The notes beneath the pieces are model-generated. The model made no database searches and was not told the DNA's origin. It saw nothing but the letters and a program-made list of their open reading frames with translations. The position numbers were made by a program, and so were the translations under genes. A stretch of DNA of 64,000 nucleotides from an uncultured virus (IMG/VR IMGVR_UViG_3300025126_000012) (taxonomy: Duplodnaviria; Heunggongvirae; Uroviricota; Caudoviricetes), in the IMG/VR virus record IMGVR_UViG_3300025126_000012; one strand, given 5' to 3'. Shown here in pieces: positions 47,243 to 57,261 of the stretch (its first letter is position 1; each line of letters starts with the position of its first letter).

Positions 47243-49296
47243 CAAATACAAAAACACAAGGGGTAAAATCATTTTTAGAATTTTCATCAGGACCCTCGTA
47301 TGCAGAACTTCGCCAAGCACTAGCAGAAGCAGATAAAATCGAATCTACTGCAATATTGGATGAATCTACTGAACATAAAGTATTTAATATAAAGCCCGTA
47401 TCTAATAGAGTGGAAACAGATAGCACTAAACCAGGGTATGATAAACGAACTGCGTATGCAATATATGGTAAGCCCACCACCGAAAACAAAGAAGGTACTG
47501 CATCCAATATTGCAAACCATGAAAAAATAACAGGCCGACCTGCCTCTCCTACCACAAGAAAGGCATTAAAGGCATTTAAGCATGAAACAAATGGTGAAGG
47601 GATTTCAAAGTTATTCAGACTGTATGGCCATGCTGACCCAAAACTAATTCCCTCGGAAGATAGAAAGTCGGAAATAACTTCAAATTTTAGAGAATATGCA
47701 GACTTAAGGAAAAATAATCCTGAAGAATATGCTCGAAGAGTCAAAGAAATGCGCTCCAAAAAGTTGGGCGAAGTGCTTGGGAATAAAACAAAAACAGATA
47801 CAGTAGCAGATTTGCCTGGTATTAATAAAGGCGAAGAGAATGGACATGAAACCTTGGGCTTTGGTGGCAATCCAGATATTAGGCGGCATTATACTGATTT
47901 ACATGGAAATTATGTAAACGGAAATGCATGTCATGGCAAGGGTAATTGTGTCCATTCATGCTTGGCCAAAAATGGGTGTGGCGGCTTTGAATCAGTTAAA
48001 GGACATAGAGACTTTTATGACCAGCGGTCATCTCATAATGCTGCGGCCAGAAAAGACCATGATTTAGAATTGTTTCATCAACTTCATGAAATATCAAAGA
48101 AGGCAAAGAAGAATAATAAAGGTGTGATTGTGCGGCCGGATGTTACAACAGGACACCAACAAACTGAATACGCAGATGCTATTTCAGAGCACTTTGGCCC
48201 ACATAGTGCTGGGGTAAAGGCTGGAACACATGCTGTAGTCAGGTCTGATACATACGGCAAAATGGCTGGAACAGATAAAGATCCTCATAGTAGAGAAAAG
48301 GCTATTAATACAGCAATATCAGACCAAGGAGTACCGGCAAACAAACGAGATGTGGATGCGCATATTAAGCTTAACTCCCTGCTGCGTAGACGAGGTAAAG
48401 ATGCTCGTGTTGCATATACTGTAATGAAAGTTACTCATCGACAAGATAATAAAGATGGCACAGAAAAGATACATAATAACCCGAAAGATGCAGAGAACTG
48501 GAAAAAGGTTATGAATGTTACCTCGACTAGGCGATATGATATTCTTCATTCTACTCCCGGTACAGGAGAAGGTGAAAATCCTAACGAAACGAGAAAAGAA
48601 TATCACGACGAAAAAAATAGGAATGGTCGGGTAACACATGAAGGAAAGAGTTATTATTACACTGACCATCGGGTACCGGCGCCACTGACTGATACTAAAG
48701 GAAAGCGTAAAGTATCTAGCTACCACGATGCTCGGGGATTGGAACTAGCGCACCATATATTAAATCATCCTAATGAACATGGTATCAATGCGGTATCTCC
48801 AGCTACAGCATCTACTAGTTTTAAAGAAGGTCCTTCAATTTTTCATAATCCAGATAATATTTCAGACAACACTCTTCATATATTACATCCAGCATCTCCT
48901 GAGGCAGCTAAAGCAAGGGAAATATTAACCAGAACGAAGTCATTGAAAGAAGCTAGTGCTGCTCGCCGACGGTTTGGAGACAAATTTAGATTAGAGTTAA
49001 AAGAATCTAAAATGGGTGAAGTACATGATGCTATCATGTCTAAATTCCCTGATAAACACGATGTTGAAATTCAAGACCCTGAAATTCATACCCACAGTAA
49101 TTACAATCAATCTCTCAAGAGGGAAGAAAAAAGAAAATATGTAGTATATCCAGTTACTTTTTACGAAAAACCAAAGACATCAACTGGCTGGCGACAGCCA
49201 CGTCAAACAACTGTACATCACCCTATTGGTGACCACACAGATGTAAGAATGGGATTACCTAAAAGACTTGGTGGCGACATCATCAGAGTTACGTAA
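47239..49296 (+). CDS. His/Lys-rich hypothetical protein with a Cys cluster (GP88-like), putative internal head protein
   Basis: KSFLEF N-terminus, LAE/LDE/LKE sites, NACHGKGNCVHSCLAKNG, VRPDVTTG. Confidence 0.6.
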   Translation: MTNTKTQGVKSFLEFSSGPSYAELRQALAEADKIESTAILDESTEHKVFNIKPVSNRVETDSTKPGYDKRTAYAIYGKPTTENKEGTASNIANHEKITGRPASPTTRKALKAFKHETNGEGISKLFRLYGHADPKLIPSEDRKSEITSNFREYADLRKNNPEEYARRVKEMRSKKLGEVLGNKTKTDTVADLPGINKGEENGHETLGFGGNPDIRRHYTDLHGNYVNGNACHGKGNCVHSCLAKNGCGGFESVKGHRDFYDQRSSHNAAARKDHDLELFHQLHEISKKAKKNNKGVIVRPDVTTGHQQTEYADAISEHFGPHSAGVKAGTHAVVRSDTYGKMAGTDKDPHSREKAINTAISDQGVPANKRDVDAHIKLNSLLRRRGKDARVAYTVMKVTHRQDNKDGTEKIHNNPKDAENWKKVMNVTSTRRYDILHSTPGTGEGENPNETRKEYHDEKNRNGRVTHEGKSYYYTDHRVPAPLTDTKGKRKVSSYHDARGLELAHHILNHPNEHGINAVSPATASTSFKEGPSIFHNPDNISDNTLHILHPASPEAAKAREILTRTKSLKEASAARRRFGDKFRLELKESKMGEVHDAIMSKFPDKHDVEIQDPEIHTHSNYNQSLKREEKRKYVVYPVTFYEKPKTSTGWRQPRQTTVHHPIGDHTDVRMGLPKRLGGDIIRVT

Positions 49297-49342
49297 TGGT
49301 TCTGATTTGCCGCTGCGCGAATTCGCGCCGCCTAAATAAAAG

Positions 49343-50992
49343 ATGATTAGTTTACCGGACAGTATACGTGAATTATTAGAAATATTTTCCTTTAGAGGCT
49401 CTGATGACCTTCGGCCTGCTGGCGCAGTAGTAGAATACACGCCAGAAATGATTGCGGAATATATAAAATGTAGTAAAGACCCTATATATTTTATACGACA
49501 TTATATCACTGTAGTGCACCCAGATAGAGGTGCGGTTCTCATGGATTTATATCCATTTCAAGAAGACATGGTTAAATGCTACCATGAGAACAAGCGCGTG
49601 ATATTTATGACTCCGCGGCAGTATGGCAAGACTTCGGTCTCTGCTGCATATTTTGTTTGGTTTATATTGTTTAATGATAATAAATCTGTTGCTATATTGG
49701 CCAACAAACAATCTACGGCAGATGAAATTATGCAACGCGTTAGATTTGCATATTCTAACTTGCCTAAATGGATGCAGCAAGGAGTGAGTTCTTGGAATAA
49801 AAGGTCTATTGAATTAGAGAATGGGAGTAAGATATTCGGCGCCGCCACTTCTTCCAGCGGCATTCGAGGAAAATCAATTCAGTTACTGTATCTTGACGAA
49901 TATGGATTTGTTCCTAATAATATAGCGGACGAGTTCTTCACTTCGGTTTATCCAACAATCATTGCTGGCGAAAATACTAAGGTATATATAACTAGCACGC
50001 CGAACGGTTACAATCACTTTCAGAAGATGTGGAGAGAAGCAGAAACTGGGAAAAACGGATTTTCTTTCCTGCGTGTTCATTGGTACGATATGCCAGGCAG
50101 AACACAAGAATGGTATAATAAACAAATAGAGGTATTAGGTGAACTAAAGGCATCTCAAGAGCTTTCCTGTGAATTCTTGGGCTCTAGCATGACATTATTG
50201 TCTGGTTCTACTTTGGCGAGATTAACACACGATATACCTATTAAAGAATATACTGATCAGTATAAGGGATTACAGGTATATCAGGAACCACAAAAGGACA
50301 GATTATATTCGATGTCGGTTGATGTATCGAGAGGCAGACATTTAGACTATTCTGCTTTTATTATTTTTGACATTACATCATATCCACATCGAATTGTAGC
50401 AAAATATAGAAACAACGAAATACCTCCTCTTTTATATGCATCATTACTACAGAAAGTGGGTTCAACATATAATGATGCATACATATTGATAGAAATAAAT
50501 GACATCGGCGGGCAAGTAGCAGATATTCTGTGGAATGAACTGGAATATGAAAACATGCATTGGACAAAATCGGGCACTGAACTTGGCAAACAAGGTACTG
50601 ACCCATATCCAGGTGTTAGAACAACTAAGAAAACAAAACGAATTGGATGCGCAAATTTAAAGGATATGATTGACAACAATCAATTGATTGTAAATGATTA
50701 TGATTTTATTCATGAACTAAGCACGTTTATTCAATCCAACAATGGGTCGTATGAAGCAGACAAAGGATTTCATGATGATGTGGTGATGTGCGGAATAATG
50801 CATGCATGGCTTGTGTCTCAACGGTTCTTCAATGAATTGACTGATAGTGACTTAAGACATTCGATGCATAGCAATCACGTGAAAGAATTAGAAGACCAAA
50901 TTTGTATGACAGGATTCTATAATGATGGAGTAGAAGATGCTATACTCAATGATAACAGGAATGAGTATTATTCGTGGGACGGCTATCGATAA
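49343..50992 (+). CDS. 17: Terminase large subunit gp17
   Basis: PRQYGKT Walker A, LYLDEY Walker B, ITSTPNG, DVSRG...DYS, HDD.VM. Confidence 0.98.
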   Translation: MISLPDSIRELLEIFSFRGSDDLRPAGAVVEYTPEMIAEYIKCSKDPIYFIRHYITVVHPDRGAVLMDLYPFQEDMVKCYHENKRVIFMTPRQYGKTSVSAAYFVWFILFNDNKSVAILANKQSTADEIMQRVRFAYSNLPKWMQQGVSSWNKRSIELENGSKIFGAATSSSGIRGKSIQLLYLDEYGFVPNNIADEFFTSVYPTIIAGENTKVYITSTPNGYNHFQKMWREAETGKNGFSFLRVHWYDMPGRTQEWYNKQIEVLGELKASQELSCEFLGSSMTLLSGSTLARLTHDIPIKEYTDQYKGLQVYQEPQKDRLYSMSVDVSRGRHLDYSAFIIFDITSYPHRIVAKYRNNEIPPLLYASLLQKVGSTYNDAYILIEINDIGGQVADILWNELEYENMHWTKSGTELGKQGTDPYPGVRTTKKTKRIGCANLKDMIDNNQLIVNDYDFIHELSTFIQSNNGSYEADKGFHDDVVMCGIMHAWLVSQRFFNELTDSDLRHSMHSNHVKELEDQICMTGFYNDGVEDAILNDNRNEYYSWDGYR

Positions 50993-51022
50993 ATAACTAA
51001 TGACTTTACTAGGAATTTAACT

Positions 51023-52552
51023 ATGTATACAGCAACACCAGAACAACACAAAAAAACAATGGCAACGTTTTCCAAATCTCAACAGACATTAAAAACACTT
51101 GAGAAAATGAAAAAAAGAGAGCAAGATGACAATAAAACTAGAAATTTTAAATTTATTGCTAAATTAAAAACACATGATAATGTAAAACAAAAGCCTTATG
51201 TATCATCTGGTAAAGACGGGTGGCATGTATTAGACGGCAAAGGCAAAACATTGAAGTCTTTTTCAAAGACAAAAGAAGGCAGATTATCTGCACAGATGTA
51301 TCTTAAGCAACACTTTTCAAAACTTAGCAAACATAATGAGGGTACAGAAATAAATGAATCTCCTTTCATCGTGACCCATGACCCATCTACATATAGGTTT
51401 TTAGTGCATAAACCCGGTAAAGATGCAGTGAAATCTTTTTCATATACTGATGCGGAAGATAAAGATTCAGTTAGACAGTCTGCTGAAAAACATGCAAATT
51501 CATTAAAAGAGTCAATTATTGCAACATTTGAAACTTGGTTAATCGAGTCTGCTACATTAGATAATGATAGTAGAGGTAAGCTACATGAGATTCTTGTCGC
51601 AGCGCATTTAAACAGGCTGATACACGGCAATCTGACCCATGCCGACCACTTTAGAGATGAAAAGGGCAGAACACCAGAAGAAGCACACAATAATTTGGTA
51701 AAAGGACTGTCAGATGCTTCATATCAAGAAGCACATTCACATGCGGTTCAAGCAGCGGAAGAAATTCATACTCATATAAAAGCAAATCATCCAGAGCTTT
51801 TAGCAAACAAAGAGCATCATGTAAAAGTATCTTGGACGTCATTAAAATCAGACCACGAAAAATTGACAGGTAAGAAAGATGAATCTCATTCTGGTGGGGC
51901 GGATATAATGTTGTCTAGTCACGATGCAACCGGTAACCTTCATCATGCAGTAGGATACTCATTGAAGATTGCAGATAATAAAATTACTACCGGGCAAACA
52001 GGTTCTAAAACAACCGAACAAGTAATGGGTATGCCAATAGGCTCATTGACTAAACACGACACCAATCATAGATTAGAAGTAAGTAATATATTAAAAAAAC
52101 ACGGGCATGATGCTGATTCTATGTCAGAACATCAGAAACATGTTGCATTTAAATTATCGAGAGATAATACAAATCCAGCCGGCAGAAAAATGGCAGATGA
52201 AATAAGAGCATCTGCTTATAAACATGCCGCAAATAAAGTTAAAGAAATCAAAGAACATCTTGGTTCACTATCAGATTCTGAGCAAAAAAATAGAATCACT
52301 GAGTTTGTAGCACCATCGCATGCGTTTCCTACATATCAAGTAGCTACTTCGCCAAAGTCTAAAACAACTAAAATAAAAAACGAAAGAGAAGATATAACAA
52401 ATAGATATAATGCGGCTGGTAAACTATCGTATACGCAATCAGAAGGAAATGGGAATTCTCTTTTAGTTAAGAACAGTGAAGGAAAGACATTACATAGGAT
52501 TGAGATAAGAGCTAAAAGACCTATCGGACATTCAGAAATCTTGGTAAAATAG
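51023..52552 (+). CDS. His-rich multidomain protein with C-terminal PD-(D/E)xK-like nuclease motif, putative internal head protein
   Basis: Segments separated by INE/LKE/LIE; GKLHEILV...GADIML...VGYSLK. Confidence 0.6.
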   Translation: MYTATPEQHKKTMATFSKSQQTLKTLEKMKKREQDDNKTRNFKFIAKLKTHDNVKQKPYVSSGKDGWHVLDGKGKTLKSFSKTKEGRLSAQMYLKQHFSKLSKHNEGTEINESPFIVTHDPSTYRFLVHKPGKDAVKSFSYTDAEDKDSVRQSAEKHANSLKESIIATFETWLIESATLDNDSRGKLHEILVAAHLNRLIHGNLTHADHFRDEKGRTPEEAHNNLVKGLSDASYQEAHSHAVQAAEEIHTHIKANHPELLANKEHHVKVSWTSLKSDHEKLTGKKDESHSGGADIMLSSHDATGNLHHAVGYSLKIADNKITTGQTGSKTTEQVMGMPIGSLTKHDTNHRLEVSNILKKHGHDADSMSEHQKHVAFKLSRDNTNPAGRKMADEIRASAYKHAANKVKEIKEHLGSLSDSEQKNRITEFVAPSHAFPTYQVATSPKSKTTKIKNEREDITNRYNAAGKLSYTQSEGNGNSLLVKNSEGKTLHRIEIRAKRPIGHSEILVK

Positions 52553-52607
52553 CATGAAACTAAAAGAAGCTAAAATAAGATTTGGTTCAATTGAAGAAAC
52601 GGCATAA

Positions 52608-53825
52608 ATGTTAAAGTTCAAAGCATACATACTAGAAACATATGATAATCAATTGTTAGAATCTATAACAGCTGATACTGAAAAAGTAAAAACACATTTA
52701 TCGCATGTAGAAGATTTAGGGCACGAATTGGGGCACGCTGGTACTGAACATGCCATAGGAGCATTACAATCCGCCGCACAACATATAGAACATGGTAAAC
52801 ACAATCCATCATTCACTTCGAAGGTAGATGGTGGAATATCTGTTGTAGCAGGCAAACATCCTATTAATGGAAAGCAATGTGTTGCATATAAGAGTGCATT
52901 AAATAAAGTAGGCGCCGATAATGAACATACTGCTAAAATATGTTATTCTCATGCTGATATTGATAAATATCATTCAGATAAACCATATGTAGCAGAACCA
53001 TTACATCATGCATTAGACCATGCACATAAGGTATTACCAAAAGAAGGTCTTCATCAAGGTGATGTGCTATTCACAAGTAAAACGAAAAAAGAAGAGGGTG
53101 ATAAAGTAGGATTCGAGCCAAATACTATTAAATATAGTGCTAAGAAATCCTCGGCGGAAGGAAAAAAGATATTAAAGGCACGATTCGGCGCGGCATGGCA
53201 CACTAGCTATTCTATGGTAAATGGTAAACTAACAGCTAAACCAATCGAACACGATACTCTAACAAGTCACGATGATTCATACAATTTGTCCACGTCAAAT
53301 GATACATCCAAAGCTCATTTTTCAGAGTCAGATAAAGCAGAAGTAAATGGCCACATAGAAGCTGCAAAGAAAATTCATCAAGAAAATGGGGTTAATATGC
53401 ATAATGCGGTACATGGGGTAGGTAAACATGTTAGCACATATATTAATCAAACCGTTCGGCACAATGAACCTCCTTCTACAGAAGGATTAAAGTCTCATAT
53501 CATAGCAAATGGGAAAAAAGAATTTGAATCCGTCAAATCAGAAAAGGCAAAAGCGAGAAAAGTAGCCAAAACACAACAGATACACAATCATATAGAAAAT
53601 AATTCTGCTCACTTTGATAATTATTTCAAGCTGCATAAACATCTTCAACAAGCTAAAGACACATTAGTTAAAACATTAGATAATGCAGACCATCCATTAG
53701 AACATACTATTAATGGTAAGAAATCACACCCAGAAGGATACATCTTTCATCATAATGATTATCCTGTCAAATTAGTAGCTCGCAATGAATTTAGCAAAGC
53801 AAATTTTGAAAAAGTTAGAGATTGA
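52608..53825 (+). CDS. Conserved T4-like protein (recalled as DUF6267) with ligase-type nucleotidyltransferase motifs
   Basis: HL.H.ED, KVDG, QGD.LF, F.PNTI.Y, PEGY, VKLV.R.EFS.ANF; N-terminus MLKFKAYILE. Confidence 0.7.
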   Translation: MLKFKAYILETYDNQLLESITADTEKVKTHLSHVEDLGHELGHAGTEHAIGALQSAAQHIEHGKHNPSFTSKVDGGISVVAGKHPINGKQCVAYKSALNKVGADNEHTAKICYSHADIDKYHSDKPYVAEPLHHALDHAHKVLPKEGLHQGDVLFTSKTKKEEGDKVGFEPNTIKYSAKKSSAEGKKILKARFGAAWHTSYSMVNGKLTAKPIEHDTLTSHDDSYNLSTSNDTSKAHFSESDKAEVNGHIEAAKKIHQENGVNMHNAVHGVGKHVSTYINQTVRHNEPPSTEGLKSHIIANGKKEFESVKSEKAKARKVAKTQQIHNHIENNSAHFDNYFKLHKHLQQAKDTLVKTLDNADHPLEHTINGKKSHPEGYIFHHNDYPVKLVARNEFSKANFEKVRD

Positions 53826-53829
53826 ATAA

Positions 53830-55155
53830 ATGATTCAAATAAAACAATTATTCGAAGAAGCAGAAGAAGCAGAAAAAACAGAGGTTCTAGCCTATGGTAG
53901 GGCGCAGCCACCAACTTTTGGACATGCTAAAATGATAGATGCTGCGCTGAAAGAACCTGGGAAGAAACGTATATACGTTTCTCATTCTCAGGATAACAAA
54001 AAGAATCCACTTTCAGCAGATGAAAAGCTCGATATACTTCATAAAATGTATCCAAATCATAAACAAGTCTTTCGAAAATCAACTAAGGAAGAACCTACTA
54101 TATTTCATGCTGCTGCGAGGATGCACAGAGAAGGTGTAAAACATTTAGTTGTAGTTGCTGGTGAAGATAGAGTAGCAGAATTTCAAGACAAATTGAATTT
54201 TTATAACGGAAAATTTGACAAAAACGGAAATGGATTTAACTTCAAATCAATAACAGTAAAATCAGCAGGTGCAAGAGACCCTGATGCTGAAGGTGTAGAG
54301 GGTATGTCAGCGTCAAAGATGAGAGATGCAGCAATAAAAGGAGATAAAAAATCATTTTATGCTGGATTACATACCAACTTGACAGATAAAGATAAAGATG
54401 ATTTGATGACTACGATAAAAGACAGACTTTCAGTCAAAAATGAATCTTTCAAAATTGGAGATTGTGTTACTAATGGTTTAATAGAAGGCGAAATACTTCA
54501 ACTTCATCCAAAATATGCTATCATAATATCAGATGGTATAGAACATAGATTGTGGACAGAAGACCTAACTATTAGCACTAGTGGTATTAAAAGAGACCAA
54601 TTGTATAAAGATGCATTAATATTTAAGGGATATAAAACTAAGAATTTTAATCGTCAATTGGCGGAAGACTTCAAGGAAATCTCAAAAACACACGAAGATT
54701 CATATGCAGTATTATCGTGTTTAAAGGCATTCGATTATATACTTGGAGTCAATGATGTCACGATTCAAGAGGAATATTCTACTGTTAGAATTCAAATAGA
54801 ACGTCTTCGACGATATGCAAAAAAGATTGAGTGTCCTTATCTAGTAGAAAAGGTAATATCAACAGTAGAAGAAGAATTATTAAAATATTCAATATTAGAA
54901 GGTATTAAATTCTTAACTACTGACAGGATTATGATAGCTAGAGTTGTTGCGATGGTAGCTGGTATTACAACAACTAATGCCGACCCTACAAATACAATAA
55001 ATAATGCTATAATCAAATTGAGAACAGCACAACTTACTCCGCCTGGGTGGCAGATAGTAGGCAGATTAATGAAAGTAGTAGATTCTGCTGGTATACCATG
55101 GAACAAAAATACATTTTCAAATTCACAATTACGAATGATGGGACTATTAAAATGA
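53830..55155 (+). CDS. HIGH-superfamily (cytidylyltransferase-like) nucleotidyltransferase with C-terminal extension
   Basis: YGRAQPPTFGH, SHSQD.KKNPL, VAGEDRV.EF, SAG.RDPDAEGV.GMSASKMR. Confidence 0.88.
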   Translation: MIQIKQLFEEAEEAEKTEVLAYGRAQPPTFGHAKMIDAALKEPGKKRIYVSHSQDNKKNPLSADEKLDILHKMYPNHKQVFRKSTKEEPTIFHAAARMHREGVKHLVVVAGEDRVAEFQDKLNFYNGKFDKNGNGFNFKSITVKSAGARDPDAEGVEGMSASKMRDAAIKGDKKSFYAGLHTNLTDKDKDDLMTTIKDRLSVKNESFKIGDCVTNGLIEGEILQLHPKYAIIISDGIEHRLWTEDLTISTSGIKRDQLYKDALIFKGYKTKNFNRQLAEDFKEISKTHEDSYAVLSCLKAFDYILGVNDVTIQEEYSTVRIQIERLRRYAKKIECPYLVEKVISTVEEELLKYSILEGIKFLTTDRIMIARVVAMVAGITTTNADPTNTINNAIIKLRTAQLTPPGWQIVGRLMKVVDSAGIPWNKNTFSNSQLRMMGLLK

Positions 55156-56003
55156 ACTTCAAACAACTATTATCAACAAAACTACTCGGTTCATTAAAAG
55201 AATCTGCTCCTGCACGAGCATCTGACATTGTTACTATTAATAAACCGGGCAATTCTCTTCATGGCAAGAAAGGGAGAGTATTTTACAGACATCCGGATGG
55301 TAGAGTCAATGTGCAAGTTGGGGATGGGAAAAATATAAAGGCCAATCTGACATTAAAGAAAGATGAATTCAACGAATCATTTGACTTGAAAGCCGAATTA
55401 GATGCAGCAGAAGAATATGCAAATAAAAAATTAAAGGATAAAAGAAAATTACCAGTAGATACTGATGATTCTTGGTCTAGTAGCAAACACACTCAAGTAA
55501 CAGATAAGTCATTTGCTGATACTAAACCAGTCGGGAGAAGACATATTGGTACGTATGGTACATCATATAATCCATCTGATGATGAAGAAAACCCAGTTAA
55601 AGCAACTAAAGATACATCAGGTGCTCCTAAGAAAAGGGGCAGGCCAGTTGGTGCACTTGGTATAGCAAAAACTGGGTTGAATAAATCAAGTGCTGGAGAT
55701 TCGAGCAAGAATCTAGCTCAGTTACTTGGAATCAAACTCGATAGAAAATTAATGGGCAAAAAACCAACTATTAGACACAAGTTAAGCGATGTTGATACAT
55801 CTGGCATCAAAGTAGAAAACACAGACCTCTATGAAATGTCATACATGCCAAGCAATCGAGCATTATCATTAGTTGACAAATATTCGCTGGGGCTAGACCC
55901 GTCTAACCCAGAACACCAGAAGACCATTGCAGGCAGAATAAGGAAAGCATTGAATCTTTCGAGAGTAGTTGTTATGGGGCATGATAAGATTGCGCACGAA
56001 TAA
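55152..56003 (+). CDS. Putative internal head protein with KOW-like segment and AT-hook
   Basis: Start ATG 55152 (ATGA overlap): MNFKQLL...LKE; PKKRGRP; LYE site. Confidence 0.6.
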   Translation: MNFKQLLSTKLLGSLKESAPARASDIVTINKPGNSLHGKKGRVFYRHPDGRVNVQVGDGKNIKANLTLKKDEFNESFDLKAELDAAEEYANKKLKDKRKLPVDTDDSWSSSKHTQVTDKSFADTKPVGRRHIGTYGTSYNPSDDEENPVKATKDTSGAPKKRGRPVGALGIAKTGLNKSSAGDSSKNLAQLLGIKLDRKLMGKKPTIRHKLSDVDTSGIKVENTDLYEMSYMPSNRALSLVDKYSLGLDPSNPEHQKTIAGRIRKALNLSRVVVMGHDKIAHE

Positions 56004-56257
56004 TGAGCACACTTAAAGAATTAAAAGAAGGCAAGACAGCAAGAGCAGCAGCATTAGCTGCTTTGATCTCCGCAGGGGGGATGTTTGCAGCAACAGATGT
56101 TGATAAAAGACCGGTAGATGATACTGGACAAAGATATGTAATACCATATCGTGCGCCGGTGACAAAGCCTATTGGTGTTACTACAATAAATGGAAAGCCG
56201 CACCATATTTATTGGCCCGGCGGTATAGCCTATCCAGCAAATGAAACAAATAAATAA
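56003..56257 (+). CDS. Small protein with LKE followed by a signal-peptide-like segment
   Basis: MSTLKELKE-GKTARAAALAALISAGGMFAA. Confidence 0.65.
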   Translation: MSTLKELKEGKTARAAALAALISAGGMFAATDVDKRPVDDTGQRYVIPYRAPVTKPIGVTTINGKPHHIYWPGGIAYPANETNK

Positions 56258-56280
56258 CATTATCGATAAGGAGAAATAAA

Positions 56281-56805
56281 ATGAGTCAATGGTCATACAC
56301 AAAAAAACCCAATTGGGTTGGGGATGGTAAAGATGCATATAATGGTGCTAATGTTGTTCCTACATTAAAAGGATGGGAATATCAACCTACTGGAGAAGTG
56401 CTAGTAGCAATAAGTTCATTAAACGTAAAGAATTCTGATGTAATAACTGTACCTACATTCACCGCGCTCGCTACATATTCTGGTACATCTACTATGGTGA
56501 CAGGAGATGTACTGACAGTAACGTTGACTGCAAGTGAACCTGTAAAGGTGGACGGCACCCCAGCAATATCGCTCGTTGTCGGGGGTAATAATAGAGAATT
56601 AGTATTTAATCCTACATTATCGACCAGCACATCTTTGGTGTTTGAATATACCATTGTAGCAGGTGATTCTGCAATAGCGGGGCAAGTAACAATCGGAGCA
56701 TCTACTGCTGGTGGTTCTGTTTATGATATAATTCAAGGCGGTGCGCTTATTGCAGCATCAGTGACATTTGTTGCACCGGATACTTCAACATCGACAGTTA
56801 ACTAA
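56281..56805 (+). CDS. Virion structural protein with Ig-like domain (decoration-type)
   Basis: Late promoter at 56249, SD AAGGAG; GW....EVLVAI, GD.LTVT...SEPV.V.GTP...L.F.YTI..GD. Confidence 0.7.
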   Translation: MSQWSYTKKPNWVGDGKDAYNGANVVPTLKGWEYQPTGEVLVAISSLNVKNSDVITVPTFTALATYSGTSTMVTGDVLTVTLTASEPVKVDGTPAISLVVGGNNRELVFNPTLSTSTSLVFEYTIVAGDSAIAGQVTIGASTAGGSVYDIIQGGALIAASVTFVAPDTSTSTVN

Positions 56806-56814
56806 GGATAATTT

Positions 56815-57249
56815 ATGGCAGACACAAAAGTTAGTCAATTAACTCCTGCAAGCACTTTAAATCTTACAGATTTGCTGATGCTTGTTCAGGGAGGGGCATC
56901 GTTAAAAGCAGACATCGAAACAATCTCCTTAAATCTACCGAGTAGATTAATCGTTAAAGAATTGTCTGAATCACTTGTATCTGGCGCAATTGCCACGAAT
57001 ATCCTTTCTTCTAGGGTTCATAGCACAACTGCCAGTGCGGCATATACACTAGCGGCGGGCACACATGGTATGGAAAAAGAAATCGTGTGTGAATCCGCAG
57101 AGGTTACAACTCCTAGTGCCGTGGTAACTGTTACTGGCGGATTGGGAGTGAACACGATAACCTTTTCTGTCGTTGGACAAAGCGTCAAGTTGAAAAATAT
57201 AAATGATAGCTGGTATGTAATGAGTTCAAACGGCGCTGTTATTGCTTAA
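56815..57249 (+). CDS. Putative structural protein (ADxKVSQL N-terminal motif)
   Basis: MADTKVSQLTPA.TL...DLL.LVQGG; C-terminus resembles that of the next gene. Confidence 0.65.
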   Translation: MADTKVSQLTPASTLNLTDLLMLVQGGASLKADIETISLNLPSRLIVKELSESLVSGAIATNILSSRVHSTTASAAYTLAAGTHGMEKEIVCESAEVTTPSAVVTVTGGLGVNTITFSVVGQSVKLKNINDSWYVMSSNGAVIA

Positions 57250-57261
57250 TCAAGGTACCCA

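Noticed and set aside
55047..55151. N-terminal extension of ORF 55047..56003
   Set aside because: It overlaps the upstream gene; ATG 55152 with ATGA coupling is more plausible
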